The translations under genes were made by a program, and so were the position numbers. A model generated the notes under the pieces. It was not told the DNA's origin. It searched no databases and saw nothing but the letters and a program-made list of their open reading frames with translations. Below, in pieces: positions 1-12,300 of a DNA stretch of 64,000 nt. This DNA is from Nemertoderma westbladi (Eukaryota; Animalia; Xenacoelomorpha), in contig JAUCBJ010009106.1 of NCBI GenBank assembly GCA_032718475.1, forward strand, positions 1-64,000, given 5' to 3'. Each line of letters starts with the position of its first letter. The first letter of the stretch is position 1.

Positions 1-540
1 CTGATCACTGAAGAACAGTTCTGGACAAAATAGAAAAACGAGGTTGCAGCTGTTACGCATTCAATTCATATGAATGTATGAATGCATGAATGTGCAACAT
101 GGACTGAGATACGAGACAAAAGCTTTAGGCAGTGTAACAAAACATGGAAACCTATTTATATCAAACAACACACTCAGACAAGCCAGCCAATATACTCAGA
201 CAATATAAATATTCGCATAGGGGGATGATGGAGGGTTGGGGGTTAGATGAATATTGATGGGTGTGAATTTGTTTTCTGTTTTCTGTTTGCTGTTGCATTT
301 ATATTTTTTGGAATTTTTATTAAAGTTATTTCACAAATCCTAATAGAAAATTTCCCCGGGCCCCCATTTTTCGCCGGCCCCTAGGCTCAAGCCTCTTAGG
401 CCTATTGGGTAATACGGCACTGGACGGGTGGATGTCTAACCTTTCTTGAAGACAATTACTCAATGATCCCCGAACTGCAAGAATGGACTCAAGGATACTT
501 CTTACTTTCTTTCAACCGATTTGTCTCACATGAGATTTTA

Positions 541-1716
541 CTGTACACTGTCACACACTGTACACGTACACTGTACACTGTACACTGTACACATACACTG
601 TACACTGTACACATACACTGTACACTGTACACATACACTGCACACGTAAACTGTACACTGTACACATACACTGCACACGTAAACTGTACACATACAATGT
701 ACACGTACACTGTACACTGTACACATACACTGTACACGGACACTGTACACGTACACTGTACACGTACACTGTACACGTACACTGTACACATACACTGTAC
801 ACTGTACACGTAAACTGTACACTGTACACATACACTGTACACTGTACACGTACACTGCACACTGTACACATTCACTGTACACTGTACACATACACTGTAC
901 ACATACACTGTACACTGTACACATACACTGTACACGGACACTGTACACGTACACTGTACACGTACACACTACACGTACACTGTACACGTACACTGTACAC
1001 TGCACACATACACTGTACACGTAAACTGTACACTGTACACATACACTGTACACTGTACACGTACATTGTACACTGTACACATACACTGTACACGTACACT
1101 GTACACTGTACACATACACTGTACACGGACACTGTACACATACACTGTACACGCACACTGTACACGTACACTGTACACTGTACATATACACTGTACACAT
1201 ACACTGTACACTGTACACGTGCACTCTACACTGTACACATACACTGTACACTGTACACTGTACACATACACTGTACACTGTACACTGTACACATACACTG
1301 TACACATACACTGTACACGTACACTGTACACTGTACACATACACTGTACACATACACTGTACACTGTACACGTACACTGTACACATGCACTGTACACTGT
1401 ACACTGAACACGTACACTGAACACGTACACTGAACACGTACACTGTACACGTACACTGTACACTGTACACGTACACTGTACACATACACTGTACACTGTA
1501 CACGTACACTGTACACGTAGACTGAACACGTACACTGAACACGTACACTGAACACGTACACTGTACACGTACACTGAACACGTACACTGAACACGTACAC
1601 TGAACACGTACACTGAACACGTACACTGTACACGTACACTGAACACGTACACTGAACACGTACACTGAACACGTACACTGAACACGTATACTGTACACGT
1701 ACACTGTACACTGTAC
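541..1716. repeat. Low-complexity tandem array of 7- and 13-bp units built on the TGTACA palindrome (CTGTACA / CACGTACACTGTA; TGAACA variants at right end)
   Basis: Direct reading; ORFs over it are repeat translations (VYSVQC...). Confidence 0.95.
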
Positions 1717-2374
1717 AACAGTCTACATTTAATCATCATGTGACAGTTACATGCCAGTTAAATATTCGTTGATAACTTATGATCTCGGGTAATCATAAAT
1801 AATTGGTCGGTGCGTGATGTGGATCAGAGAAGTAATGCACCAGCAATCTTCTGCACAAAGGTATCTGTAGCAGTAGCATTACAGTTGACTTAAGGTTCTG
1901 TTACTATATTAAATTGAAATCTGCTACTGTCATTTGATGTCACGCCCTATTGGAAGTAACACCTGATAATTGGATTGATAATTAGTCCAATTTTGAGGAA
2001 TATTCACAACGCTTCACTGACCGTTTTCAGTCTTGTGGATTTTATAAGAGGAGTCAAGGTGTTCAGAGATGAGAGGAATGTTTAGTTAGTGACAGGGGTG
2101 TAAAATATGTTCCTTTCCAACCAATATTTAATATATTTTTTACTGATTAAGACTGATTTTACTGATAATTGATACTTACTCTTTAAAAAAAATAAAAAAT
2201 AAAATAACTATTAACCAGAATATTTTTAACAAAAGTAGAAAAATAAAAAAAAAATGTTTAAGTTTAACAATAATAAACATGCAATATATTCCGTATACCT
2301 TTTTCATCCTATTCAGGCTGTTGATCCTCCATCCACATCCTCTTATACAGCAAAACTAAAAATTTCAGTTGGTA

Positions 2375-3298
2375 ACGGGGGTAAACGTTACGCCTACACC
2401 TGCGCCAACACGCGTCTACACATACCAGCTCTGCCGGTATGTGTAGACGGGGTGTTACCTACGGGGGTAAACGTTACGCCTACACCTGCGCCTACACGCG
2501 TCTACACATACCAGCTCTGCCGGTATGTGTAGACGGGGTGTTACCTACGGGGGTAAACGTTACGCCTACACCTGCGCCAACACGCGTCTACACATACCAG
2601 CTCTGCCGGTATGTGTAGACGGGGTGTTACCTACGGGGGTAAACGTTACGCCTACACCTGCGCCAACACGCGTCTACACATACCAGCTCTGCCGGTATGT
2701 GTAGACGGGGTGTTACCTACGGGGGTAAACGTTACGCCTACACCTGCGCCAACACGCGTCTACACATACCAGCTCTGCCGGTATGTGTAGACGGGGTGTT
2801 ACCTACGGGGGTAAACGTTACGCCTACACCTGCGCCTACACGCGTCTACACATACCAGCTCTGCCGGTATGTGTAGACGGGGTGTTACCTACGGGGGTAA
2901 ACGTTACGCCTACACCTGCGCCAACACGCGTCTACACATACCAGCTCTGCCGGTATGTGTAGACGGGGTGTTACCTACGGGGGTAAACGTTACGCCTACA
3001 CCTGCGCCTACACGCGTCTACACATACCAGCTCTGCCGGTATGTGTAGACGGGGTGTTACCTACGGGGGTAAACGTTACGCCTACACCTGCGCCTACACG
3101 CGTCTACACATACCAGCTCTGCCGGTATGTGTAGACGGGGTGTTACCTACGGGGGTAAACGTTACGCCTACACCTGCGCCTACACGCGTCTACACATACC
3201 AGCTCTGCCGGTATGTGTAGACGGGGTGTTACCTACGGGGGTAAACGTTACGCCTACACCTGCGCCTACACGCGTCTACACATACCAGCTCTGCCGGT
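2375..3298. repeat. 86-bp minisatellite, ~10.7 copies, each with an internal 14-bp hairpin
   Basis: Unit starts at 2375, 2461, 2547 ... 3235; CGTCTACACATACC-9nt-GGTATGTGTAGACG in each unit; inverted partial copy at 3439-3473. Confidence 0.95.
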
Positions 3299-3596
3299 AA
3301 GCCTATACATCTGACTATTCCATAAGTTGTTGACTCTCAATTCATTCCCTACATATTCCAATCTCTCGTTTATTGTCTTGGTTCCTTTCAACCCGCTCTG
3401 TAACCTGCTCCTTCACTAACCTGCCTACAAGTAGTTGTAGGTGTAGGCGTTGCGTTTACCCCCGTAGGTAACAGAGTAAACAGAAGGTACCTTGAAGCGA
3501 CGGTAATACCATCTCGAGAAGTATCGTGATCTTGTGGAAATTTTGTGAGCTGTTGTGTGACTTGTTTGTATCTCTGGTATCACTGATTGATAATGT

Positions 3597-3720
3597 TGTA
3601 GGCCCTATGGTTAAACTGTGTATGATTTGATGTTAACCTTGTAGGCCCTATGGTTAAACTGTGTATGATTTGATGTTAACCTTGTAGGCCCTATGGTTAA
3701 ACTGTGTATGATTTGATGTC
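3597..3720. repeat. 43-bp tandem repeat, ~3 copies
   Basis: TGTAGGCCCTATGGTTAAACTGTGTATGATTTGATGTTAACCT repeated. Confidence 0.9.
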
Positions 3721-4125
3721 ACCGACTTGGTCTTGATTATGTATATGAATTGGGGATTTCCAAGTAATATATGTCCCTCTTGATATCAATGGCATTGCTC
3801 TGTCTGCTACTGCTGTTGTATTTTAGAAGCTGTGCGCCACAATTTAAAAACAGCATAGAAAATCGATTATAAATTACCAAACCAAGACTATTGTTTCTTC
3901 TCGAATTTCATGGCCTAGGGATTTGAGAAGCTGTTTACCCACCATGACTTTCTGTGTTCTCAGTTATTCCTTTAGAAGACAAGAAACTAATCTTTAAAAT
4001 AATTACTTACCAGCCAGATGAGTAACTTTATACATAAACTCCATCGGCTTCTCCATTAGCTATTGTGGATTCTGATTTAAACATAGTAAATGTAAGGATA
4101 AAATGATAGCATATGTTTGACTTAC

Positions 4126-4222
4126 CTCCATCTGAGGTGTATTTGGAAAGGGCATCTAACGAGTCAACAGCAATCAGCATGCATAGCAATAAGCAAACCA
4201 ATCGGAATCCTGATCGCATCAT
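4126..4222 (-). CDS. Possible first coding exon of a secreted protein (signal peptide), unidentified; may be a pseudogene
   Basis: MMRSGFRLVCLLLCMLIAVDSLDA looks like a signal peptide and ends at a phase-1 G|GTAAGT donor; the nearest downstream candidate exon hits a stop. Confidence 0.3.
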
Positions 4223-6370
4223 TAAAATTTATATCCTTCAAAACAATAAAAAGAATTGAAAATCATCAAATTGAAATTCAATTTTTTGAAATTGTATATA
4301 ATATACTTAGTGAACTCTCATATAAAATTTCAAAAAAATCATCAATTTGAAATTATTAAAGAAAGGATTAAATAAAATAAATCATTAATTATTGTAAAAA
4401 TTGCTCAATTTATTTCAAATGACTCTTCAAAGTAAATGTCCACAGGATACATACTTATACCTGTGGAACAGATTTGATAGTGAACAGCCTGATAAACTGG
4501 ATAAGCGGGATTAAAATGTTCATCCTTGAAATTAGTTTACGGTCTCATCAGCTCATCATCATTATACACACAAAATCTTATACGTAAAACTTTCACAAAC
4601 GTTTACAAAAACAATTTAATTGTTCATTTCACATCTGTAATGTTCTCTGATAAAACAGATAAAACGGACAGCTTCACCGCGATTGAAGCACTTGATCCCG
4701 GGGGGGGGGGGGGGGGGGGTGACTGCTCTAAAGGAGGCTAGGCTAGAATTCTTAGTTGGCTTGATAATAAGGCCCAGTTTAGCTGCTTCCCTGATGACTC
4801 TCTTCAAGTGGTCGATAACAGAATGACTGGACCACCCATAGAGCCATCATTAACACATCAAGAAAATATATGTTAAGGGGTGTGTTAATCATTTCCGCAA
4901 TCCCATGTATATCACATTGAATAAATAAATCACCTCCAATGACCAAATCCCTCATAACAACACTTAGTACTTAAATATGAATAATTCATACCGATTTAGC
5001 TACATTTTTAAAGCTGGTTACATCAAGTTCCTGAAAATTTCGCAGGTTTATCCGGACAGGTAGGTTAGGTACCGGCACAGGACAGATCAGTCGGCACATG
5101 ATCTTGCTCCATTGTAGATTGTTGGATACTATAGATACTGGTAATGATTGTTCATTATTTAATTTTGGGATTTACAATATGTCAGCTGGTGAACTATGGC
5201 TAAGCCAATGTATGAAGGTAGAACGTCAGACAGATGGGAAGGGAAGGAACATAGTCTTCTTCTAGAATGTAGACGGTATAATAATACTGAAGCGACCGAT
5301 AATACACCTGGTTCTATCTATATAAAGTTAACATACACCGACAGGAATACGGAGAATGTTTTAATAGATTAAACGACCTATATGATAATCCTAACATAGA
5401 AACCATAATAAAGTAATTGTTATAGCAATGATTTCCGAATGCTTCCTTTGAAACTATTTCATCTCATGTAATGACTTTGTTTCATAGTTTCATACAAGAT
5501 ATTTACTACACCTGTGCGACAATTTATTCTAATTTACAACTGATGAATAAATTAATTGCAAGTTGTTCTCATAAATAAACTACATAGTAAGCTAGTGTTA
5601 TGCGTTTAGTTAAGAATTTAAATTATGCATTATAGCTAGTTGGTTTCAACTTGTAAATGCCGTCCGTCTGAATGAACTTTACTGTTGCCAATGAATAACT
5701 AACTATACAGCACAGATAATAGAACATTTTGTAACTGGTTGTGATTTTTTTAATTATGGACGATTTTATTTATTAATTTTATTAGAGATAATCTCATATA
5801 TTATTTGCAGATTTTTTTGATTTTATTTGTAATTATTTAAGAGTAGGTAATGAGATTGAAAGAGAAACATTTTCTTTTTGAGGAGGCCAAAGTATTTCGC
5901 ATCCTTATTAAATTATCACGGAGATTACTTGCTTGCGACTCGTACAAGGTGTTATTCTTGATGAAGCGACAATGGGAATGCATTAGGCTCGGGGCGCACA
6001 CAGAGAGCTGTCTAATAATAATTATACCCCTATCTCATTACAGGTCACATCTTGTAATAAGTAAGGAAATGAGAGATTCCATAGTCCTATTGTGCCAGTT
6101 AGTGATCACTCTGCGCATCGTAGGACCGCATACTAATGGATATACCAGCAGCGCCGCAACCCATTTATAAAGTGCACTTCACATCCAATAATGAAATGTG
6201 AGGTAGAATTACAAATACAGAGTTCATGGAAAATATATCGCAGTGCCATTCGGCTTCAGGGCTTCAACTCAGATGATAATGGGATCCGGCGCACGCAAAC
6301 AACAGTTGGTCTAAAGGCTGAAATTTAGTCTAGAAATAATCTAGATGTAATGTAATATGTAATAAATAAA

Positions 6371-9300
6371 TGTATGTTTTGGACTGTTGGTGTATGTTTT
6401 GGACTGTTGGTGTATGTTTTGGACTGTTGGTGTATGTTTTGGACTGTTGGTGTATGTTGGACTGTTGGTGTATGTTTTGGACTGTTGGTGTATGTTTTGG
6501 ACTGTTGGTGTATGTTTTGGACTGTTGGTGTATGTAGGACTGTTGGTGTATGTTGGACTGTTGGTGTATGTTTTGGACTGTTGGTGTATGTTTTGGACTG
6601 TTGGTGTATGTTTTGGACTGTTGGTGTATGTTTTGGACTGTTGGTGTATGTTTTGGACTGTTGGTGTATGTTTTGGACTGTTGGTGTATGTAGGACTGTT
6701 GTTGTATGTTGGACTGTTGGTGTATGTTTTGGACTGTTGGTGTATGTTTTGGACTGTTGGTGTATGTTTTGGACTGTTGGTGTATGTTTTGGACTGTTGG
6801 TGTATGTTTTGGACTGTTGGTGTATGTTTTGGACTGTTGGTGTATGTAGGACTGTTGTTGTATGTTTTGGACTGTTGGTGTATGTTTTGGACTGTTGATG
6901 TATGTTGGACTGTTGGTGTAAGTTTTGGACTGTTGGTGTATGTTTTGGACTGTTGGTGTATGTTTTGGACTGTTGGTGTATGTAGGACTGTTGTTGTATG
7001 TTTTGGACTGTTGGTGTATGTTTTGGACTGTTGATGTATGTTGGACTGTTGGTGTAAGATTTGGACTGTTGGTATATGTTTTGGACTGTTGGTGTATGTT
7101 GGACTGTTGGTGTATGTTGGACTGTTGGTGTATGTTGGACTGTTGGTGTATGTTGGACTGTTGTTGTATGTTTTGGACTGTTGGTGTATGTTTTGGACTG
7201 TTGATGTATGTTGGACTTTTGGTGTATGTTTTGGACTGTTGGTGTATGTTTTGGACTGTTGGTGTATGTTTTGGACTATTGGTGTATGTTTTGGACTGTT
7301 GGTGTATGTTTTGGACTTTTGGTGTATGTTTTGGACTGTTGGTGTATGTTTTGGACTTTTGGTGTATGTTTTGGACTGTTGGTGTATGTTTTGGACTGTT
7401 GGTGTATGTTTTGGACTATTGGTGTATGTTTTGGACTGTTGGTGTATGTTGGACTGTTGATGTATGTTGGACTGTTGGTGTAAGTTTTGGACTGTTGGTG
7501 TAAGTTTTGGACTGTTGATGTATGTTTTGGACTGTTGGTGTATGTTGGACTGTTGGTGTATGTTTTGGACTATTGGTGTATGTTTTGGACTATTGGTGTA
7601 TGTTTTGGACTGTTGGTGTATGTTTTGGACTTTTGGTGTATGTTTTGGACTGTTGGTGTATGTTTTGGACTTTTGGTGTATGTTTTGGACTGTTGGTGTA
7701 TGTTTTGGACTGTTGGTGTATGTTTTGGACTATTGGTGTATGTTTTGGACTGTTGGTGTATGTTGGACTGTTGATGTATGTTGGACTGTTGGTGTAAGTT
7801 TTGGACTGTTGGTGTAAGTTTTGGACTGTTGATGTATGTTTTGGACTGTTGGTGTATGTTGGACTGTTGGTGTATGTTTTGGACTGTTGGTGTATGTTTT
7901 GGACTGTTGGTGTATGTAGGACTGTTGTTGTATGTTTTGGACTGTTGGTGTATGTTTTGGACTGTTGATGTATGTTGGACTGTTGGTGTAAGTTTTGGAC
8001 TGTTGGTGTATGTTTTGGACTGTTGTTGTATGTTTTGGACTGTTGGTGTATGTTTTGGACTGTTGATGTATGTTGGACTGTTGGTGTAAGTTTTGGACTG
8101 TTGGTATATGTTTTGGACTGTTGGTGTATGTTGGACTGTTGGTGTATGTTGGACTGTTGGTGTATGTTGGACTGTTGGTGTATGTTTTGGACTGTTGGTG
8201 TATGTTTTGGACTGTTGATGTATGTTGGACTGTTGGTGTATGTTTTGGACTATTGGTGTATGTTTTGGACTGTTGTTGTATGTTTTGGACTGTTGGTGTA
8301 TGTTTTGGACTGTTGATGTATGTTGGACTTTTGGTGTATGTTTTGGACTGTTGGTGTATGTTTTGGACTGTTGGTGTATGTTTTGGACTATTGGTGTATG
8401 TTTTGGACTGTTGGTGTATGTTTTGGACTATTGGTGTATGTTTTGGACTGTTGGTGTATGTTTTGGACTTTTGGTGTATGTTTTGGACTGTTGGTGTATG
8501 TTTTGGACTGTTGGTGTATGTTGGACTGTTGATGTATGTTGGACTGTTGGTGTAAGTTTTGGACTGTTGGTGTAAGTTTTGGACTGTTGATGTATGTTTT
8601 GGACTGTTGGTGTATGTTGGACTGTTGGTGTATGTTTTGGACTATTGGTGTATGTTGGACTGTTGGTGTATGTTTTGGACTATTGGTGTATGTTTTGGAC
8701 TATTGGTGTATGTTTTGGACTGTTGGTGTATGTTGGACTGTTGATGTATGTTGGACTGTTGGTGTAAGTTTTGGACTGTTGGTGTAAGTTTTGGACTGTT
8801 GATGTATGTTTTGGACTGTTGGTGTATGTTGGACTGTTGGTGTATGTTTTGGACTTTTGGTGTATGTTTTGGACTGTTGGTGTATGTTTTGGACTGTTGG
8901 TGTAAGTTTTGGACTGTTGGTGTAAGTTTTGGACTGTTGATGTATGTTTTGGACTGTTGGTGTATGTTGGACTGTTGGTGTATGTTTTGGACTGTTGGTG
9001 TATGTTTTGGACTGTTGGTGTATGTTGGACTGTTGGTGTATGTTTTGGACTTTTGGTGTATGTTTTGGACTGTTGGTGTATGTTGGACTGTTGTTGTATG
9101 TTTTGGACTGTTGGTGTATGTTTTGGACTGTTGGTGTATGTTTTGGACTGTTGGTGTATGTTTTGGACTATTGGTGTATGTTTTGGACTGTTGGTGTATG
9201 TTTTGGACTATTGGTGTATGTTTTGGACTGTTGGTGTATGTTTTGGACTGTTGATGTATGTTGGACTTTTGGTGTATGTTTTGGACTGTTGGTGTATGTT

Positions 9301-12300
9301 TTGGACTGTTGGTGTATGTTTTGGACTATTGGTGTATGTTTTGGACTGTTGGTGTATGTTTTGGACTATTGGTGTATGTTTTGGACTGTTGGTGTATGTT
9401 TTGGACTTTTGGTGTATGTTTTGGACTGTTGGTGTATGTTTTGGACTTTTGGTGTATGTTTTGGACTGTTGGTGTATGTTTTGGACTTTTGGTGTATGTT
9501 TTGGACTGTTGGTGTATGTTTTGGACTGTTGGTGTATGTTGGACTGTTGGTGTATGTTTTGGACTGTTGGTGTATGTTTTGGACTATTGGTGTATGTTTT
9601 GGACTGTTGGTGTATGTTTTGGACTTTTGGTGTATGTTTTGGACTGTTGGTGTATGTTTTGGACTGTTGGTGTATGTTTTGGACTATTGGTGTATGTTTT
9701 GGACTATTGGTGTATGTTTTGGACTGTTGGTGTATGTTTTGGACTTTTGGTGTATGTTTTGGACTGTTGGTGTATGTTGGACTGTTGGTGTATGTTTTGG
9801 ACTATTGGTGTATGTTTTGGACTGTTGGTGTATGTTTTGGACTTTTGGTGTATGTTTTGGACTTTTGGTGTATGTTTTGGACTGTTGGTGTATGTTTTGG
9901 ACTTTTGGTTTATGTTTTGGACTGTTGGTGTATGTTTTGGACTGTTGGTGTATGTTTTGGACTGTTGGTGTATGTTGGACTGTTGGTGTATGTTTTGGAC
10001 TGTTGGTGTATGTTTTGGACTATTGGTGTATGTTTTGGACTTTTGGTTTATGTTTTGGACTGTTGGTGTATGTTTTGGACTTTTGGTTTATGTTTTGGAC
10101 TGTTGGTGTATGTTTTGGACTTTTGGTGTATGTTTTGGACTTTTGGTGTATGTTTTGGACTGTTGGTGTATGTTTTGGACTTTTGGTTTACGTTTTGGAC
10201 TGTTGGTGTATGTTTTGGACTGTTGGTGTATGTTTTGGACTGTTGGTGTATGTTGGACTGTTGGTGTATGTTTTGGACTGTTGGTGTATGTTTTGGACTA
10301 TTGGTGTATGTTTTGGACTGTTGGTGTATGTTTTGGACTGTTGGTGTATGTTTTGGACTGTTGGTGTATGTTTTGGACTATTGGTGTATGTTTTGGACTA
10401 TTGGTGTATGTTTTGGACTGTTGGTGTATGTTTTGGACTTTTGGTGTATGTTTTGGACTTTTGGTGTATGTTTTGGACTGTTGGTGTATGTTGGACTGTT
10501 GGTGTATGTTTTGGACTGTTGGTGTATGTTTTGGACTATTGGTGTATGTTTTGGACTGTTGGTGTATGTTTTGGACTTTTGGTGTATGTTTTGGACTGTT
10601 GGTGTATGTTTTGGACTTTTGGTGTATGTTTTGGACTGTTGGTGTATGTTTTGGACTGTTGGTGTATGTTTTGGACTGTTGGTGTATGTTGGACTGTTGG
10701 TGTATGTTTTGGACTGTTGGTGTATGTTTTGGACTATTGGTGTATGTTTTGGACTTTTGGTTTATGTTTTGGACTGTTGGTGTATGTTTTGGACTTTTGG
10801 TTTATGTTTTGGACTGTTGGTGTATGTTTTGGACTTTTGGTGTATGTTTTGGACTTTTGGTGTATGTTTTGGACTGTTGGTGTATGTTTTGGACTTTTGG
10901 TTTACGTTTTGGACTGTTGGTGTATGTTTTGGACTGTTGGTGTATGTTTTGGACTGTTGGTGTATGTTGGACTGTTGGTGTATGTTTTGGACTGTTGGTG
11001 TATGTTTTGGACTATTGGTGTATGTTTTGGACTGTTGGTGTATGTTTTGGACTGTTGGTGTATGTTTTGGACTGTTGGTGTATGTTTTGGACTATTGGTG
11101 TATGTTTTGGACTATTGGTGTATGTTTTGGACTGTTGGTGTATGTTTTGGACTTTTGGTGTATGTTTTGGACTTTTGGTGTATGTTTTGGACTGTTGGTG
11201 TATGTTGGACTGTTGGTGTATGTTTTGGACTGTTGGTGTATGTTTTGGACTATTGGTGTATGTTTTGGACTGTTGGTGTATGTTTTGGACTTTTGGTGTA
11301 TGTTTTGGACTGTTGGTGTATGTTTTGGACTTTTGGTGTATGTTTTGGACTGTTGGTGTATGTTTTGGACTGTTGGTGTATGTTTTGGACTATTGGTGTA
11401 TGTTTTGGACTATTGGTGTATGTTTTGGACTTTTGGTGTATGTTTTGGACTGTTGGTGTATGTTTTGGACTGTTGGTGTATGTTTTGGACTTTTGGTGTA
11501 TGTTTTGGACTTTTGGTGTATGTTTTGGACTGTTGGTGTATGTTATGGACTGTTGGTGTATGTTTTGGACTGTTGGTGTATGTTTTGGACTGTTGGTGTA
11601 TGTTTTGGACTGTTGGTGTATGTTGGACTGTTGGTGTATGTTTTGGACTGTTGGTGTATGTTTTAGACTGTTGGTGTATGTTTTGGACTGTTGGTGTATG
11701 TTTTGGACTGTTGGTGTATGTTTTGGACTGTTGGTGTATGTTTTGGACTATTGGTGTATGTTTTGGACTGTTGGTGTATGTTTTGGACTTTTGGTGTATG
11801 TTTTGGACTGTTGGTGTATGTTTTGGACTGTTGGTGTATGTTTTGGACTGTTGGTGTATGTTGGACTGTTGGTGTATGTTTTGGACTGTTGGTGTATGTT
11901 TTGGACTATTGGTGTATGTTTTGGACTTTTGGTTTATGTTTTGGACTGTTGGTGTATGTTTTGGACTTTTGGTTTATGTTTTGGACTGTTGGTGTATGTT
12001 TTGGACTTTTGGTGTATGTTTTGGACTTTTGGTGTATGTTTTGGACTGTTGGTGTATGTTTTGGACTTTTGGTTTATGTTTTGGACTGTTGGTGTATGTT
12101 TTGGACTGTTGGTGTATGTTTTGGACTGTTGGTGTATGTTGGACTGTTGGTGTATGTTTTGGACTGTTGGTGTATGTTTTGGACTATTGTTGTATGTTTT
12201 GGACTGTTGGTGTATGTTTTGGACTGTTGGTGTATGTTTTGGACTGTTGGTGTATGTTTTGGACTATTGGTGTATGTTTTGGACTATTGGTGTATGTTTT

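Noticed and set aside
463-1739. Cys/Val/Tyr-rich ORFs on both strands
   Set aside because: Products of the TGTACA low-complexity array.
1810-2371. Cadherin-like fragments VRDVDQRSNAP and AVDPPSTSSYTAKLKISV on the + strand
   Set aside because: Too short; the first has an upstream stop and no acceptor; no consistent gene model.
4530-4830. CTGATGA motifs as hammerhead ribozyme cores (also at 28925 and 36791)
   Set aside because: No stem II followed by GAAA and a matching stem III/NUH site.
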